Source: Bdellovibrionales bacterium
Lineage (GTDB): Bacteria; Bdellovibrionota; Bdellovibrionia; Bdellovibrionales; UBA1609
DNA: 64,000 nt
NCBI GenBank assembly: GCA_965219095.1
Contig: CBDCMT010000001.1
Coordinates: forward strand, 608,001 to 672,000
Direction of reading: 5' to 3'
Part shown: piece by piece, positions 21,665-33,197 of the stretch
Layout of the letters: the number at the start of each line of letters is the position of its first letter
How positions within the stretch are numbered: position 1 is the stretch's first letter
Position numbers and translations under genes: made by a program
Notes under the pieces: generated by a model
Seen by the model: the letters and a program-made list of their open reading frames with translations, nothing else
Told to the model about the DNA's origin: nothing
Database searches by the model: none

Positions 21665-23145
21665 GCATTCAAAAAGTAGCTGTATGTAATCGTTCAGAAG
21701 TAGCAGTTCGCATCATTAGAGCTTGCCAAGAGTTGGATTTAAAAACAGTTCTTCTACATTCAGAAGCTGATGTAAACACTTTAGCTTACCGTTTAGCTGA
21801 TGAAACCATTTGTATCGGAGAGGCTTCTTCTCAAAAAAGTTACTTGGATATAGACAAAAACATCAAAGGGGCTTTAAGTGTGGGAGCTGATGCTGTTCAC
21901 CCTGGTTTTGGCTTTTTATCTGAAAAAGCTGAATTTGCTCAAGCCTGTGAAAATAACAAACTGATTTTTATAGGCCCTTCAGTAAAAGTCTTAGAAACTT
22001 TTAGTGATAAAACAAAAGCAAAAAAAATGGCTCGTAGAATAAAGTGTCCTGTTTTAGAGGGTTATGACAAAGAGGATCAAAGTATAAAGACACTTCTTTT
22101 TGAATGTGATCGCATAGGCTACCCTCTTATGGTGAAAGCTCATTTAGGAGGAGGAGGAAGAGGTTTAAGAGTCGTTCACAGTAGAGAAGAGGCAAAAAAA
22201 GCTATTCCATCAGCTCAAAGAGAAGCTCAATTAAGTTTCTCTGATTCAAAAGTTTTTTTAGAAAAATACTTACAAAAAGCCAAACACATAGAGGTTCAGA
22301 TCTTTGGAGATCCTGGAGGTTTCATATATGCTTTAGGGTTAAGAGACTGTTCGATTCAAAGACACCACCAAAAAGTTATTGAAGAGGCTGGGGATTTACC
22401 TTTGTCCTTTTCTTTACAAAAAGCTTTATGTAAAGAAGCTTTACGTTTAGGAAAAAAAGTCTTTTATAAAGGAGCGGGAACGGTTGAGTTTTTAGTACAG
22501 GATGAGAAGTTTTATTTTCTTGAAGTAAATACAAGATTACAAGTAGAACATCCTGTTACAGAAATGGTATGGGGAGTAGATTTACTCAAAGCCCAACTTC
22601 TCACAGCTAAGAAAAGCTCTCTTTTATGGTCACAAAACTATTACAATCCCTACCCAAGAGGTCATTCTATAGAATGTCGCATTTATGCCGAAGACCCTTA
22701 TGAAAAAAATCGTCCTTGTGTGGGAGATTTTTTGGATATGCACTGGCCTTATGGCCCTCATAGAAGGTTTGATATAGGTTATGAAACAGGAGACTCTATG
22801 ACCTCTTACTATGATTCTCTGATCGCTAAAGTGATTGTCTGGGATGAAACCCGCCAAAGAGCCCTTCAAAAAATGAAGAAAACCTTAGAAGAGGTTGTCA
22901 TTTTCGGTGTTAAAACCAACATCCCTCTGCTTTTAAAAATCCTCTCTCATGAAAAGTTTGTAAACTCTGAAACCTTGAATATAAATTTTTTTGAAGAAAA
23001 CTTTAAAGAAGGCCTAAATGAAAAGCTCAATCCTTCCTATAGTTTAAGACAAGAGGTTTCAGAAAAGATCATAAACTTTGAAAGCTCTCACCAAGAACAA
23101 AAAAAATTATCTAACCCTTTATCTAATCCATGGTTTGAAAGTTAA
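21661..23145 (+). CDS. liuD: Biotin carboxylase subunit of the carboxylase
   Basis: HPGFGFLSE, GGGGRG, RDCSIQR, EVNTRLQVEHPVTE. Confidence 0.85.
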   Translation: MSIQKVAVCNRSEVAVRIIRACQELDLKTVLLHSEADVNTLAYRLADETICIGEASSQKSYLDIDKNIKGALSVGADAVHPGFGFLSEKAEFAQACENNKLIFIGPSVKVLETFSDKTKAKKMARRIKCPVLEGYDKEDQSIKTLLFECDRIGYPLMVKAHLGGGGRGLRVVHSREEAKKAIPSAQREAQLSFSDSKVFLEKYLQKAKHIEVQIFGDPGGFIYALGLRDCSIQRHHQKVIEEAGDLPLSFSLQKALCKEALRLGKKVFYKGAGTVEFLVQDEKFYFLEVNTRLQVEHPVTEMVWGVDLLKAQLLTAKKSSLLWSQNYYNPYPRGHSIECRIYAEDPYEKNRPCVGDFLDMHWPYGPHRRFDIGYETGDSMTSYYDSLIAKVIVWDETRQRALQKMKKTLEEVVIFGVKTNIPLLLKILSHEKFVNSETLNINFFEENFKEGLNEKLNPSYSLRQEVSEKIINFESSHQEQKKLSNPLSNPWFES

Positions 23146-23148
23146 AAG

Positions 23149-23520
23149 ATGAAAAAATTTGTATTCCATGATGAAGTTACTCAAAAGCCTGTACCTGTAT
23201 TTTATCGTAAAACTTATGATGGTGTTTGGATTCATTTTCAAGGAGAGGTAAGTTTTCACCCTCTCCCTGTCCTGAAAGAAAAATTTCAAGAAAGTGACCT
23301 TAAAGCCTCCGGTGATGTAAAAAGTTTTTTACCTGGTAAAATTCTAGATGTAAGAGTAAAAGAAGGAGATAAGGTTAAAAAAGGAGAGGTTTTGTTAGTT
23401 CTAGAAGCCATGAAAATGGAGTATGAGATCATTTCACCTCGACAAGGTTATGTGGAAAAGCTTTTTTGCACAAAAGAAGAACAGGTCCAACAGAACACTT
23501 TACTTGCTAGGATTATTTAA
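23149..23520 (+). CDS. Biotin carboxyl carrier protein
   Basis: EAMKM biotinylation motif. Confidence 0.9.
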   Translation: MKKFVFHDEVTQKPVPVFYRKTYDGVWIHFQGEVSFHPLPVLKEKFQESDLKASGDVKSFLPGKILDVRVKEGDKVKKGEVLLVLEAMKMEYEIISPRQGYVEKLFCTKEEQVQQNTLLARII

Positions 23521-23525
23521 ATTGT

Positions 23526-24410
23526 ATGAGTGAGTTTGTAAAAGTTGTGGAAGTAGGTCCGAGAGATGGCCTTCAAAACGAAAAAACTATTTTTAACATA
23601 GATGAAAAGATTACCCTTATAAGAAAGCTCCAAGATTCAGGGCTTTCTTTTATTGAACTTGGTGCTTTCGTCTCATCAAAGTGGGTACCTCAAATGGCTG
23701 ATACAGATAAAGTTTGTAAAGAAATTTTACAAAACACTGACAAAAAAACTTTAAAAAAAATCTCTTATTCCTGTCTTGTTCCCAATGAAGAAGGGTTTGA
23801 AAGAGCTCTAAAGTCAGGTTTAAAGGAGGTTGCTATTTTTGGTTCCTGTACAGAGACTTTCTCTTACAAAAACATCAACTGTAGTGTCAAAGAAAGTTTT
23901 AAGAGGTTTGAAATCGTCTCTCAAAGAGCTTTGAAAGAAAACATAAAAGTAAGAGCTTATTTAAGTGTAGCTTTTGGCTGTCCTTATGAAAAAGAAGTGA
24001 GTTTAAAAAAAGTGCTTCAGTTCACTGAAAAAATGTTTCAAATAGGAGCCTATGAAGTATCCTTAGGAGATACCATTGCTGTGGCTCAACCCAAAAAAAT
24101 AAGACAGCTTATAAAACAAATACCTTTTCCTTTAGAAAAAATAGCTCTTCATTTCCATGATACAAACAATCTAGCTCTTTCTAATGTGATTTGCGGTTTA
24201 GAAGAAGGAGTGAGAGTGTTTGATTCTAGCATAGGAGGCTTAGGGGGTTGCCCTTACGCCAAAAGCACTTCAGGCAACCTAGCTACAGAAAAGTTAGTTT
24301 CTTTACTTCATAGCAAAGATCTTAAAACAGGTGTTAATTTAGAAAATCTTTTAAAAATTGCAGACTGGCTTAAAAAAGTAAAAATTACAAAACACAAAAT
24401 CATAAAATAA
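23526..24410 (+). CDS. liuE: Hydroxymethylglutaryl-CoA lyase
   Basis: EVGPRDGLQNE, HFHDT, GLGGCPYA. Confidence 0.92.
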   Translation: MSEFVKVVEVGPRDGLQNEKTIFNIDEKITLIRKLQDSGLSFIELGAFVSSKWVPQMADTDKVCKEILQNTDKKTLKKISYSCLVPNEEGFERALKSGLKEVAIFGSCTETFSYKNINCSVKESFKRFEIVSQRALKENIKVRAYLSVAFGCPYEKEVSLKKVLQFTEKMFQIGAYEVSLGDTIAVAQPKKIRQLIKQIPFPLEKIALHFHDTNNLALSNVICGLEEGVRVFDSSIGGLGGCPYAKSTSGNLATEKLVSLLHSKDLKTGVNLENLLKIADWLKKVKITKHKIIK

Positions 24411-24639
24411 TCATTATAATCATTTTTTTTAAATTTTTAGGACAGCAAACCTTAGTTTTTCGCATAAGCCCTCTCATCTAATCTAAAGACACGGACACGA
24501 AAACTCTAAAAACAATCATTACTGACTAGCTTTTTTAAATTTGTAAAAAATTTTAAATTTTGTGTTTACCTCCCTAGTTCTTTATGCTAGCTTATATGTG
24601 AGAATTAAGTCAAAGTAAAATAAAACAAAGGAGTGATTT

Positions 24640-25737
24640 ATCAAAAAACAAAACTATAAAAAATATAAAAAAGCAGAGTATATATGGATTGACGGGGTTC
24701 ACCCTACACAAGAGCTTCGTTCAAAAACAAAGATTTTACCCTACGAAGCTTCAAAACAGCTTTATAACTTAGAGGACTTTCCTGAGTGGAGTTTTGACGG
24801 CTCTTCTACAGGACAGGCGACTACAGAGAATTCCGATTGTATCATAAAACCTGTATATTTTTGCCTAGATCCCTTTCGTAGTGTAGAAGAAGAATGCCAT
24901 TACCTTGTTTTGTGTGAAGTATTGGCAAAAGATAGCATACCTCATGTGTCTAACGCACGGTTTCAGTTAAGACAAATCTATGAAAAAACCAAGGACTATA
25001 AGCCTTGGGTAGGCTTTGAACAAGAGTACACTCTATTTTCTGATAACAGACCTTTCCAGTGGCCTAAGGATAAAAACCCTAGACCTCAAGGTCCTTTTTA
25101 CTGTGGCGTAGGAAGCCTCCAAGTTTATGGCCGTTTTCTTGTGGAAGCTCATAGGGAGCTTTGTGAAAAAGCAGGGCTTTTTCTATATGGTGTGAATGCT
25201 GAAGTAATGCCTTCTCAATGGGAGTTTCAAATAGGTTATAGGGGTATTGAAGAAGAGCTTGTAAACCCTTTAAATATATCCGATCAATTATGGATCGCTC
25301 GCTATTTACTGCACCGCTTGTCTGAAGAATTTCATATTCATGTATCCTTAGATAACAAACCTATGAAAGGTGATTGGAATGGAGCAGGCCTTCATACAAA
25401 TTTTTCTACAAAAGATATTCGTAATCCTAAAACTTGTGATATGTTCTTGAAAAAAACTTTAGAAGCTCTCGAAAAAAACCACATAAAGCATATTGCTCAA
25501 TATGGATACAATCTAAAAGACCGCCTTACAGGCCACCATGAAACTTGTAGTATCAATGAGTTTAAATCAGGTACTGCCCATAGAGGAGCCTCCATTCGCT
25601 TACAAATAAAAAAAGAAGGAGGAAGTTATTTTGAAGATAGACGTCCTGGTGCTAATGCTGATCCTTACAAAGTATCTAAGTGTTTACTTGAAACAGTATG
25701 CCTTTTTTTTGAGAAAAGAGTGAGCTTATCTCCTTGA
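24640..25737 (+). CDS. glnII: Glutamine synthetase type II; conserved frame starts about 90 codons upstream of the track start at 24910
   Basis: In-frame AEYIWIDG, LRSKT, WSFDGSSTGQA, GFEQEY, QGPFYCG, GDWNGAG, EDRRP. Confidence 0.88.
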   Translation: MKKQNYKKYKKAEYIWIDGVHPTQELRSKTKILPYEASKQLYNLEDFPEWSFDGSSTGQATTENSDCIIKPVYFCLDPFRSVEEECHYLVLCEVLAKDSIPHVSNARFQLRQIYEKTKDYKPWVGFEQEYTLFSDNRPFQWPKDKNPRPQGPFYCGVGSLQVYGRFLVEAHRELCEKAGLFLYGVNAEVMPSQWEFQIGYRGIEEELVNPLNISDQLWIARYLLHRLSEEFHIHVSLDNKPMKGDWNGAGLHTNFSTKDIRNPKTCDMFLKKTLEALEKNHIKHIAQYGYNLKDRLTGHHETCSINEFKSGTAHRGASIRLQIKKEGGSYFEDRRPGANADPYKVSKCLLETVCLFFEKRVSLSP

Positions 25738-26394
25738 GGATAAAAGCCAAACGTTGTAAGACATTGTAACTTAAATTTTTGAATCGCTCTATATGCACAG
25801 TTTTTTCGTAAATCGGTTTAACTATTTTTTTAATGCGTTTTATTTCGACTTTGACAGCAGTACGTGTATTAAAGTGTTTAAAATAATATTTTTTTAAAGG
25901 GGGGGATGTCCGTAATTATGTATGCGAAAGGTGAATGACCTTTCGAGATGGTAAAGTTTCTCAGAGACCAAGTAACTGAATTTAGCAAAAAATTTGAAGC
26001 TATAGAAAGACCAGAAATGCTTAAGGAATTTTAGAAAACGAAAGGTTCCTAAAAGAGGTTTTTAGTAATTTTTTAAAAGAAAGAAAAAGTACTCCCATTC
26101 CAGTATATTATCTTCAGTTACACAATTTAGTTTACGGACTCTTTTTCACGGACAACTAAACTAAGGGCGGTTTAAAAACCGAATTACTTTATAACTAAAA
26201 CTTTTTAAGAAAATAAATCATAAATTTTGAAATGTAGTACATATGATTTTTTAGATCTATAAGTCTGTCATCTAAAGTCTAGTTTTTCATAAGAAGGCAG
26301 ATAAAAGTCGATAAGAATCTGAAAGACCTTAAACTCCTTTTTTTACATATTAGAAATCATTTGATAAAATGAAATAAAGAAAGGAATTGTTATT

Positions 26395-27303
26395 ATGAAA
26401 AAGCATGGATGCTTTTTATATTTTTTTCTTATTTCATGGTCAGCTTTCTCTTATGTAGAAACAAAAGTTATTTATGATGAGGACGACCGAGGAGAGTTTT
26501 TTGAAATCTTTGATGAAACTCAACTTATCAACGCTCTCAGTTCAGTCGCTTTAGTATCAACAAACCGTTTAACTTTACAAGAAAATTTTTACTCCTTTCC
26601 TCGAAATCAACATGGTAAAAAAAATAACATTTGTAGTTCAGAGAGATTTCTAGATCAAACCAGTTTGTCTTTTTGCTCAGGAGCTTTAGTAACAAACCAA
26701 CATATCTTAACAGCAGGCCATTGTGTGGAGGAGCCTGAATGTGCAAATATATCTTTTGTTTTTCGCTATCGTTTATCAGAAGAAAATTTACAAACCACCC
26801 TCTTTCCACTAAATAATGTTTATTCATGCGAAAAAGTAGAGTATATAAGAACAATGGATTTTGATATAGCTCTTTTAAAAATGGATCGTCCTGTAGATAA
26901 AAACTTAGCCTTTCCTTTAAAACATCAAAGTCCTCAAGAACCTCTTTCAGAGAATGATAGAATTTATATGATAGGGCATCCTGATGGGCTTCCACAAAAA
27001 ATTGCAGACGGTGCAGTTGTAAGGAGTGTGAACCATTTTCATGCTTTAACTAATTTAGATGCTTATAGAGGAAATTCTGGCTCTCCTGTATTTAACGATG
27101 CGACCGACTTAATTGAAGGAGTTTTAATTTTTGGTGAAAAAGACTATGTGAAAGCTCCTGGAAAGTCTTGCTACCTTTCAAAAGTCTGCAAAAACGAAGA
27201 GTGCTTAGGTGAAGCTGTAGCATTCATCCCTCAAGATTTATCCGACTTGATTCACAACATTAACAATTCATCAAAAGTTTCATTTTTCCATTCCCAGAAT
27301 TAA
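26395..27303 (+). CDS. Secreted trypsin-like serine protease
   Basis: Signal peptide; LTAGHC, DIAL and GNSGSP catalytic triad motifs. Confidence 0.9.
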   Translation: MKKHGCFLYFFLISWSAFSYVETKVIYDEDDRGEFFEIFDETQLINALSSVALVSTNRLTLQENFYSFPRNQHGKKNNICSSERFLDQTSLSFCSGALVTNQHILTAGHCVEEPECANISFVFRYRLSEENLQTTLFPLNNVYSCEKVEYIRTMDFDIALLKMDRPVDKNLAFPLKHQSPQEPLSENDRIYMIGHPDGLPQKIADGAVVRSVNHFHALTNLDAYRGNSGSPVFNDATDLIEGVLIFGEKDYVKAPGKSCYLSKVCKNEECLGEAVAFIPQDLSDLIHNINNSSKVSFFHSQN

Positions 27304-27370
27304 CTTGCTATTGATGCGACTGCCAAGTCATTTCATAGTCCTTCAAAGGGGAATTTATGAAAAAAAATTG

Positions 27371-28891
27371 GCCTCCTCAAAAGAATCTGTGGGTTCCCGG
27401 AGGTTCTGGCAGTTTTCCAAGGTTATGATATAAGGCGATTTTTATAGCTTTAGAGGTTCTAAAGCCGTAAGATTTTCTCATAGTGAGTTTTACTTTGTTG
27501 TTTAAACCCTCTACAATCCCTGAGGAGAAGGCTTTTTTAGCCTTGAAGTAATTAAGAATAAGTAGCTTATGTCTTCGTATGGTTTTTGCTTCTCTTTTCA
27601 TAGGTTCAATTTTTGAAAGCATGACTCGTCTCGTCCAACTGTCTATAAATTTACCAGACCAAGTTGGTGAAACATAGGTCCATAACTGTCGGAAGTCTTC
27701 TTTTAAAAAATAACAGCGGATACTTTTTAAATTGTACTGTATTAAATGCCTTAATTTTACTTTTTCATAAGATTTTAAATTTTCTGCATTTTTTAACAAG
27801 GGCCATCTAGCTTTTGTTAAAAGGGGTTCATACCCGTCTTCTTTCATTTTTTTGTGTTCTGAAGCTCTCACTTCGTCTAAAGCCTTATTGAGTCTTGCTA
27901 CGATATGAAACCGATCTAATATATTCAAAGCTTGACTTGCCCTTTCCTTTATTACTTTTAAATAGGGCTTCCACATATCAGAACACACAAACTGTATATC
28001 TTTTGACTTCTCTCCTAGTAAATCAAAAAACTTGTTGAAACTCTCCTCTGTTCTTTTTTCTCCTATCCATAGCAAACGAACACTTTCTTTGCTTATTTCA
28101 TAGACTAAGGTGAGATACTGATGGTTCTTTTTCCATTGTATTTCATCTACACCTATAGCTTGTATTCCCTTTAAAACCCTTTGTTTTAAACCATATTCTA
28201 CGACCCATTCTACCGAAGCATAGACCTGATTCCAACTGACATGAAACTTACAAGAAACCTCTTTCCAAGACAGGTGACGACACCAGTCAGCTAAGTACTT
28301 CATGTAAAAAATTGTTAGGTTTTTCTTCCCATCTGCCCAAGGTAAATACTCAACTTTTACTCCACAGCAAGAACAATTAACTCTTCTTACAAAATAAACA
28401 AAAAACACCCTGTAACTTAAAATAGGAAGGGATTCAAAGTCCCGTGATGATTTACTGCTGTCATACACTGAACAGGGCTTCTTACAAACACTACAAAAAG
28501 CTTGGCCATTTTTACGAGCCTTAATAGGAACATTAATTGACTTTCTATCTTTTGAAAAATAAATGTCTCCGTATACAAAAGACTTCCATCTTAAACAATC
28601 ATTTAGTATAGTCTTCAAAAGCATCTCTTCCCTCCTTTTTTTTTTTTTTTGAATAACATTTTAAGGCATCTGGGAAGTAGGTGCTTCTTTTTTAAAATTT
28701 TAATGTAACACAGCAAATAAAAGCAAATAAAATGAATGTTTTTGAGTTCAATCACCGGAGGTGATAGAGGCCAGTAAGGGCCTCAAAGAACTCAAAAATA
28801 CAAGATAGAATGTCTTACTCTTACTTTGATTAATATGAGCTCTTTTGGGGGATTTCTACTACTTTTCACCCACAGATTCCCGGGAGGAGCC
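27371..28891 (-). mobile_element. ISL3-family element, complete (transposase 27377-28624)
   Basis: Zinc-finger Cys pairs, GVDE, SDMW, DRFH, EGLNNK; 8-bp TSD AAAAATTG. Confidence 0.95.
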
Positions 28892-28898
28892 AAAAATT

Positions 28899-30001
28899 GT
28901 AACTGCTCACCTACATTGTTCAGTTATCCTTAACTTTAGACCTGTTTTAAGATAAAAGTCTTGCTCTTACAGATTTTCTTTTAAATACTCTTTTCAAATG
29001 ACAATAAATAAGACCTCCATCAGAAATGAGATTGAAAATATAAGAAGTGACTTTGATAAGCTTGCAAAGAAAGGTTCTGTGCCTACTGAGATTTCTGTGA
29101 TTGTTGAATCTCTCTTTAAGGTTGTGAACATTCTGATTGTTGTGTTTTTAGAAAAACAGGTTCGAAAAAATTCCAGCAACAGCGGTCTTCCTCCTTCGCA
29201 AGATTTTAGTCGTCAAGGGAATCGTAATAAGAAAGCTAGTGGGAGTCAGAAAAAGGGTTCTAGACTTGATAACAGTAAAGATACAAACAGTGAGGAGACT
29301 GTCTCTCCCTCAGAGTGTTCTCAGTGTGGGATGTTTTTAAAGACAGCAGAGGTAAAAAGCCTTGAGAAGCGTAAAAAGATTGATATTTTTTATGAAATTC
29401 AGACCCATACTGTAACTTCTGAAGTTAAGGATTGTCCCTCATGTGGAGCTAGAAATAAAGGTCAATTCCCTAAAGGTATGAGTGGTCCTCTTCAGTATGG
29501 TATAGGCATTAGAGCTTCCATCATCAATTTCATTATAGTTCAGATGCTGTCTTTTAGAGCGTGTTGGGGAACATTACATGGGGCTTATAGGTCGAATGAT
29601 TTCTCCTGCAGTTATGTTGAGATACATTGCTGAATTAGGAGAGTTTCTTAAAAGTTGGGAAGAGCAGATGAAAGAAAAGATACTTGAATCAGAGGTCATT
29701 CATGTTGATGAGACCTCTATGAGGGTTAAGGGTAAAAACTACTGGATTCATACTTATAGTTCAGGAGAATTAGTCTTGCAGTTTCTCCACCTTTCACGTG
29801 GAAGGGAAGCCATAAAAGATATTGGTCTCTTGGATAGATATGCAGGAGTGCTTGTGCATGATTGTTGGAGTCCTTACTTTTGTTATGATAAGATAACTCA
29901 TGCTTTGTGTGTGGCTCACCTTTTGAGAGAGCTTAAATTTATAGAAGAAAGCAATGGATTCAAATGGGCTACAAATCTCAAAAAACTTCTTAAAGAGACT
30001 G
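28899..30001 (+). mobile_element. IS66-A 5' two-thirds, frameshifted and cut by IS3
   Basis: Matches 40164-41695; frameshift near 29555. Confidence 0.92.
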
Positions 30002-31252
30002 TGAACTTCCCCTGTTTCTGCGGACAGTCAATTTTCTCTTAAAGTCTCCATAAAATGGAGGTAAAAGAAAGAATGGAAAAAGTAAAACAGTACTCGGAAG
30101 AGTTTAAAAAGCAAGCCATTGAATTGGCAGAGGAAATAGGTGCAAAGGAAGCCTCAGAGAAGCTAGGACTGAGAAATTTCCAAGTGATAAGCTCTTGGAA
30201 GCGTTTTCTAAAGCCTGAAGTAGAAAGACAAGCTTCCCATGACTTGGCTTCGGCATTGGAGGAAATAAAGAGGTTAAAAAAGGAGCTGGTCTATGAGAGG
30301 CGGAGTGTAGGTATATTGAAAGAGGCAGCGGCTTTTTTTTCAAAGGAAATCCTGAAATGAGATTTAAGGCTATGTTTTATGTAAAAGAGAAAGGGCATCC
30401 AGTGCTTCGCATCTGCGAATTATTAAGAGGATCTCGTTCTGGTTTTTATAGTTTTTTAAAAACCAGGGGAAAGCTTGAAAAGGATAAAAATCTGGAGAAA
30501 AACATAGAATCTATTTTTAAAAAAAATAAAGGCTGTTATGGTTCCCCCAGGGTGTATAGGGAATTAAAGCGTTGCGGAGTGAGTGCTGGAGAAAACAAAG
30601 TAGCTCGAATTATGAAACTAAAGAATCTCAGTGCCCGTCAGAAAAAACCCTATGTTCCTAGAACAACAAAGAATAACCCTCTCATGATTAAGTCTCCTCG
30701 GTTGTTTAAGACAGGACAGAGCCAAGCAGGAAAAGAAAACCAGGTATGGTGTTCGGATTTAACCTATATTCCTTTTAGAGATAAATTTCTGTATTTGGTT
30801 GTATTTTTAGATGTCTATAATCGAGAGATTAAGTCTTGGAAGCTCTGTGAGAGCTTGGACGGGGTTCATTCAAAACAGGCTCTGAGAGCCGCAGTCCAAT
30901 CTGTTTCTGGGAACTTAGAGGGCTTGATAATCCACTCGGATCAAGGGGTTCAATATTGTTGTGAAGGGTTTAGAAAAGAATTGAAATTCTTTGGCCTCAA
31001 GCAATCTATGTCTAGGAAAGGAAATTGTTATGATAATGCGTTTGTGGAGAGCTTTTTCCATACGTTGAAGGATGAACTGGAATACAAAGACTGTACAACA
31101 AAGGAAGAGTTGGAGAAAAAAATTGCAATTTACATGGATTGGTATAACAAGGTAAGAATGCATTCTTCCTTGAAATACATGAGCCCAAAAGAATTTAAAC
31201 AAAGGAGGGCTTTAAGAACATAAAAACTGTCCACTTTTTTGGGGGAAGATCA
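30002..31252 (+). mobile_element. IS3-family element, complete
   Basis: TG...CA ends; orfA 30055-30360 and orfB 30357-31223; no TSD. Confidence 0.95.
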
Positions 31253-32092
31253 GAATCTCTTTTTCATCGGAATACTTCTTAATGAATATGATAGAGCATA
31301 TCACATAGAAAAACTTCGTTAACTGTCTTATAACTCCTGACTACCGTCTTCAAACTATTGATCTCAATAGCTCCACAAACATTCACTTTTTTTTCTCCAG
31401 CCTGAATTGGTCTTCACTTCAAACTTCTTACCCTCTCTTATCCAACCATATGAAATCGTAGGGCCCCACTCAGGATGTGTGGAATCAACAAAGTAAACAG
31501 GACCGTCTTTCTTCTTAATTCTCTTGTATTTACGCACAAACTTTTCCTGCTCTTCTCTCTTTGCCTTACCCGGTATCGCTGTGGCTTTTTTATAAGAAAA
31601 ACCAAGGCGATGGAGAAGATCAATCGCACCACTTGTTGAGTACGTAACACAAAAATTTTCCTCAATGAACTGAATAACGGTCTGTGATGATGGAAAAATT
31701 CTTTTCTCTAATTCCTTTAAAAGCATTTTCTCCTCTTTCTTAGTTAAAAAGGACCTTTTAGGGTTGTAATTGTCGTTGATTAAGCACTCTATCCCACCTT
31801 TGTTATAACGATCTCTACAGGCTCTTATCGTGCCCTCATCAATGAAAAGAAAGCAGGCAATATCTTTACACAACTTACCTTTATCTAAATGGAGAATTGT
31901 CATAATCCTTTTTGCGTATTTAAGATTTTTCTCTAGAGATAGTTCATAGAGTAAATCTTTTCGCTCTTTTTTTGATAGAAACCCTGACATATGAAACTAT
32001 TTTTAAAAATAAATGACTTTTTATCAAGGCCTTAGAATAAAAACTAGACCTCAACTCAAAAAAAAACGGAAAACCTAAGCGGAAGCACTATA
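31253..32092 (-). mobile_element. IS630-B 5' part, frameshifted
   Basis: Matches 57935-59076; end TATAGTGCTTCCG. Confidence 0.9.
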
Positions 32093-32265
32093 TGATCTGA
32101 TAGTTACCCTTTTTGGGTTGATAAAAAACTGTCTGTCAGTTTGCGTTCTGTTCAATGTCCTTCTTTCATTATAGTCTACAAGCCACAAGTCAAGGTCATA
32201 CTACAACTCTTCTATGCTTTTGTACACTTTTGTTTCTAAACACCAACTTGGACTGCTCTGAAAAT
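32093..32265 (-). mobile_element. IS481-like 3' remnant
   Basis: Minus strand reads KVYKSIEEL*YDLDLWLVDYNERRT. Confidence 0.55.
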
Positions 32266-32291
32266 TTATAAGGTTTATTCAACAAAACCTA

Positions 32292-33197
32292 TTATTCTAT
32301 ATAATACAGTTTTTTCTTTAGATTTTGATATTGCCTTTCATGCTTTTGAGGGTTGGTGGTTTTTAATTTCTTCAAGTTTTTAAGTTTCCATTGCACAGCT
32401 GGGAAATGTTCAAAATTATAAATACTCCAATCTGGAGTGATGCTCTTTATGCTTAAAAGAAAAGTTTTATCCTGCTTAGTGAGCTTCCTATTGATCTCTT
32501 TAATTAATTTTTCCCGAGTTTGTTCAAAATCATCATAAGAAAACTTTTCCTCACTCATCCCTCTGAAATGACTTTCTATAGTTTGACGCTGGTTTTGTAA
32601 GTTTGGTGAGATCATTTCATGAATCGGACGATTACTACATAACAGATATAATAGAAAACCCTTTCGAATTTCATCAGAAAACCCTTCATTTTCAAGAAGA
32701 TATTTCACGTCAAACAAATCTCTAGGATGTTGTCGATCTAGTGCTACACAGATTTTGCCTCCGTAAAGCTGACCTATTGGTACAATAGGCATGGATACAA
32801 AAGAATCAAAATCAGATTGTGCTCTATCGCATAGAGACATTTTTATTGGAGCCGATAATGTGCCACGCCCGATAAGATTAACCTCCACTTTTACTTTGAT
32901 ACGATTCAAAGAAATAAGAAGTTTTCCTGTAGTATTATGAGCAATGTGAGAACCTTTGATTGTTTTTTCTATTCGTCTTTTAATCTGTTCCAGCGCCTCA
33001 TTGATATGACTTAGAGTCCTCGTTCTATCTTCAATGAGCAAATAAGTAAGATCAATATCTACTGAGATTCTTGGCATATTGCGCACAAAAAGATTAATGG
33101 CTGTCCCTCCATGTAGAGCAAAGTTATTTTCCTTTGCAATATCTGGAAGAACATCGATCAGCAGTCGGACTTGAGTTTTATATTTCTGGTTCTTCAT
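32292..33197 (-). CDS. abiEii: AbiEii nucleotidyltransferase toxin (type IV TA)
   Basis: FALHGGTAINLF, PRISVDIDL, GGKICVALDRQHPRDLFD; ATG 33197 overlaps the antitoxin end. Confidence 0.92.
   Translation of the reverse strand: MKNQKYKTQVRLLIDVLPDIAKENNFALHGGTAINLFVRNMPRISVDIDLTYLLIEDRTRTLSHINEALEQIKRRIEKTIKGSHIAHNTTGKLLISLNRIKVKVEVNLIGRGTLSAPIKMSLCDRAQSDFDSFVSMPIVPIGQLYGGKICVALDRQHPRDLFDVKYLLENEGFSDEIRKGFLLYLLCSNRPIHEMISPNLQNQRQTIESHFRGMSEEKFSYDDFEQTREKLIKEINRKLTKQDKTFLLSIKSITPDWSIYNFEHFPAVQWKLKNLKKLKTTNPQKHERQYQNLKKKLYYIE

Noticed and set aside
25900..26190. Riboswitch or ncRNA around the CGAAAGGT/ACCTTTCG hairpin
   Set aside because: No recognisable aptamer; surrounded by IS256-like and IS66-like tips, so probably IS debris
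26537..26995. Antisense or nested short ORFs (also 2890, 7319, 13498, 15586, 16466, 17107, 20386, 22630, 30915, 42352, 50720, 52218, 55658)
   Set aside because: Shadow frames of well-supported genes with no motifs
28739..28798. Hammerhead ribozyme
   Set aside because: Three-way junction, but the CUGANGA and GAAA core is absent on both strands
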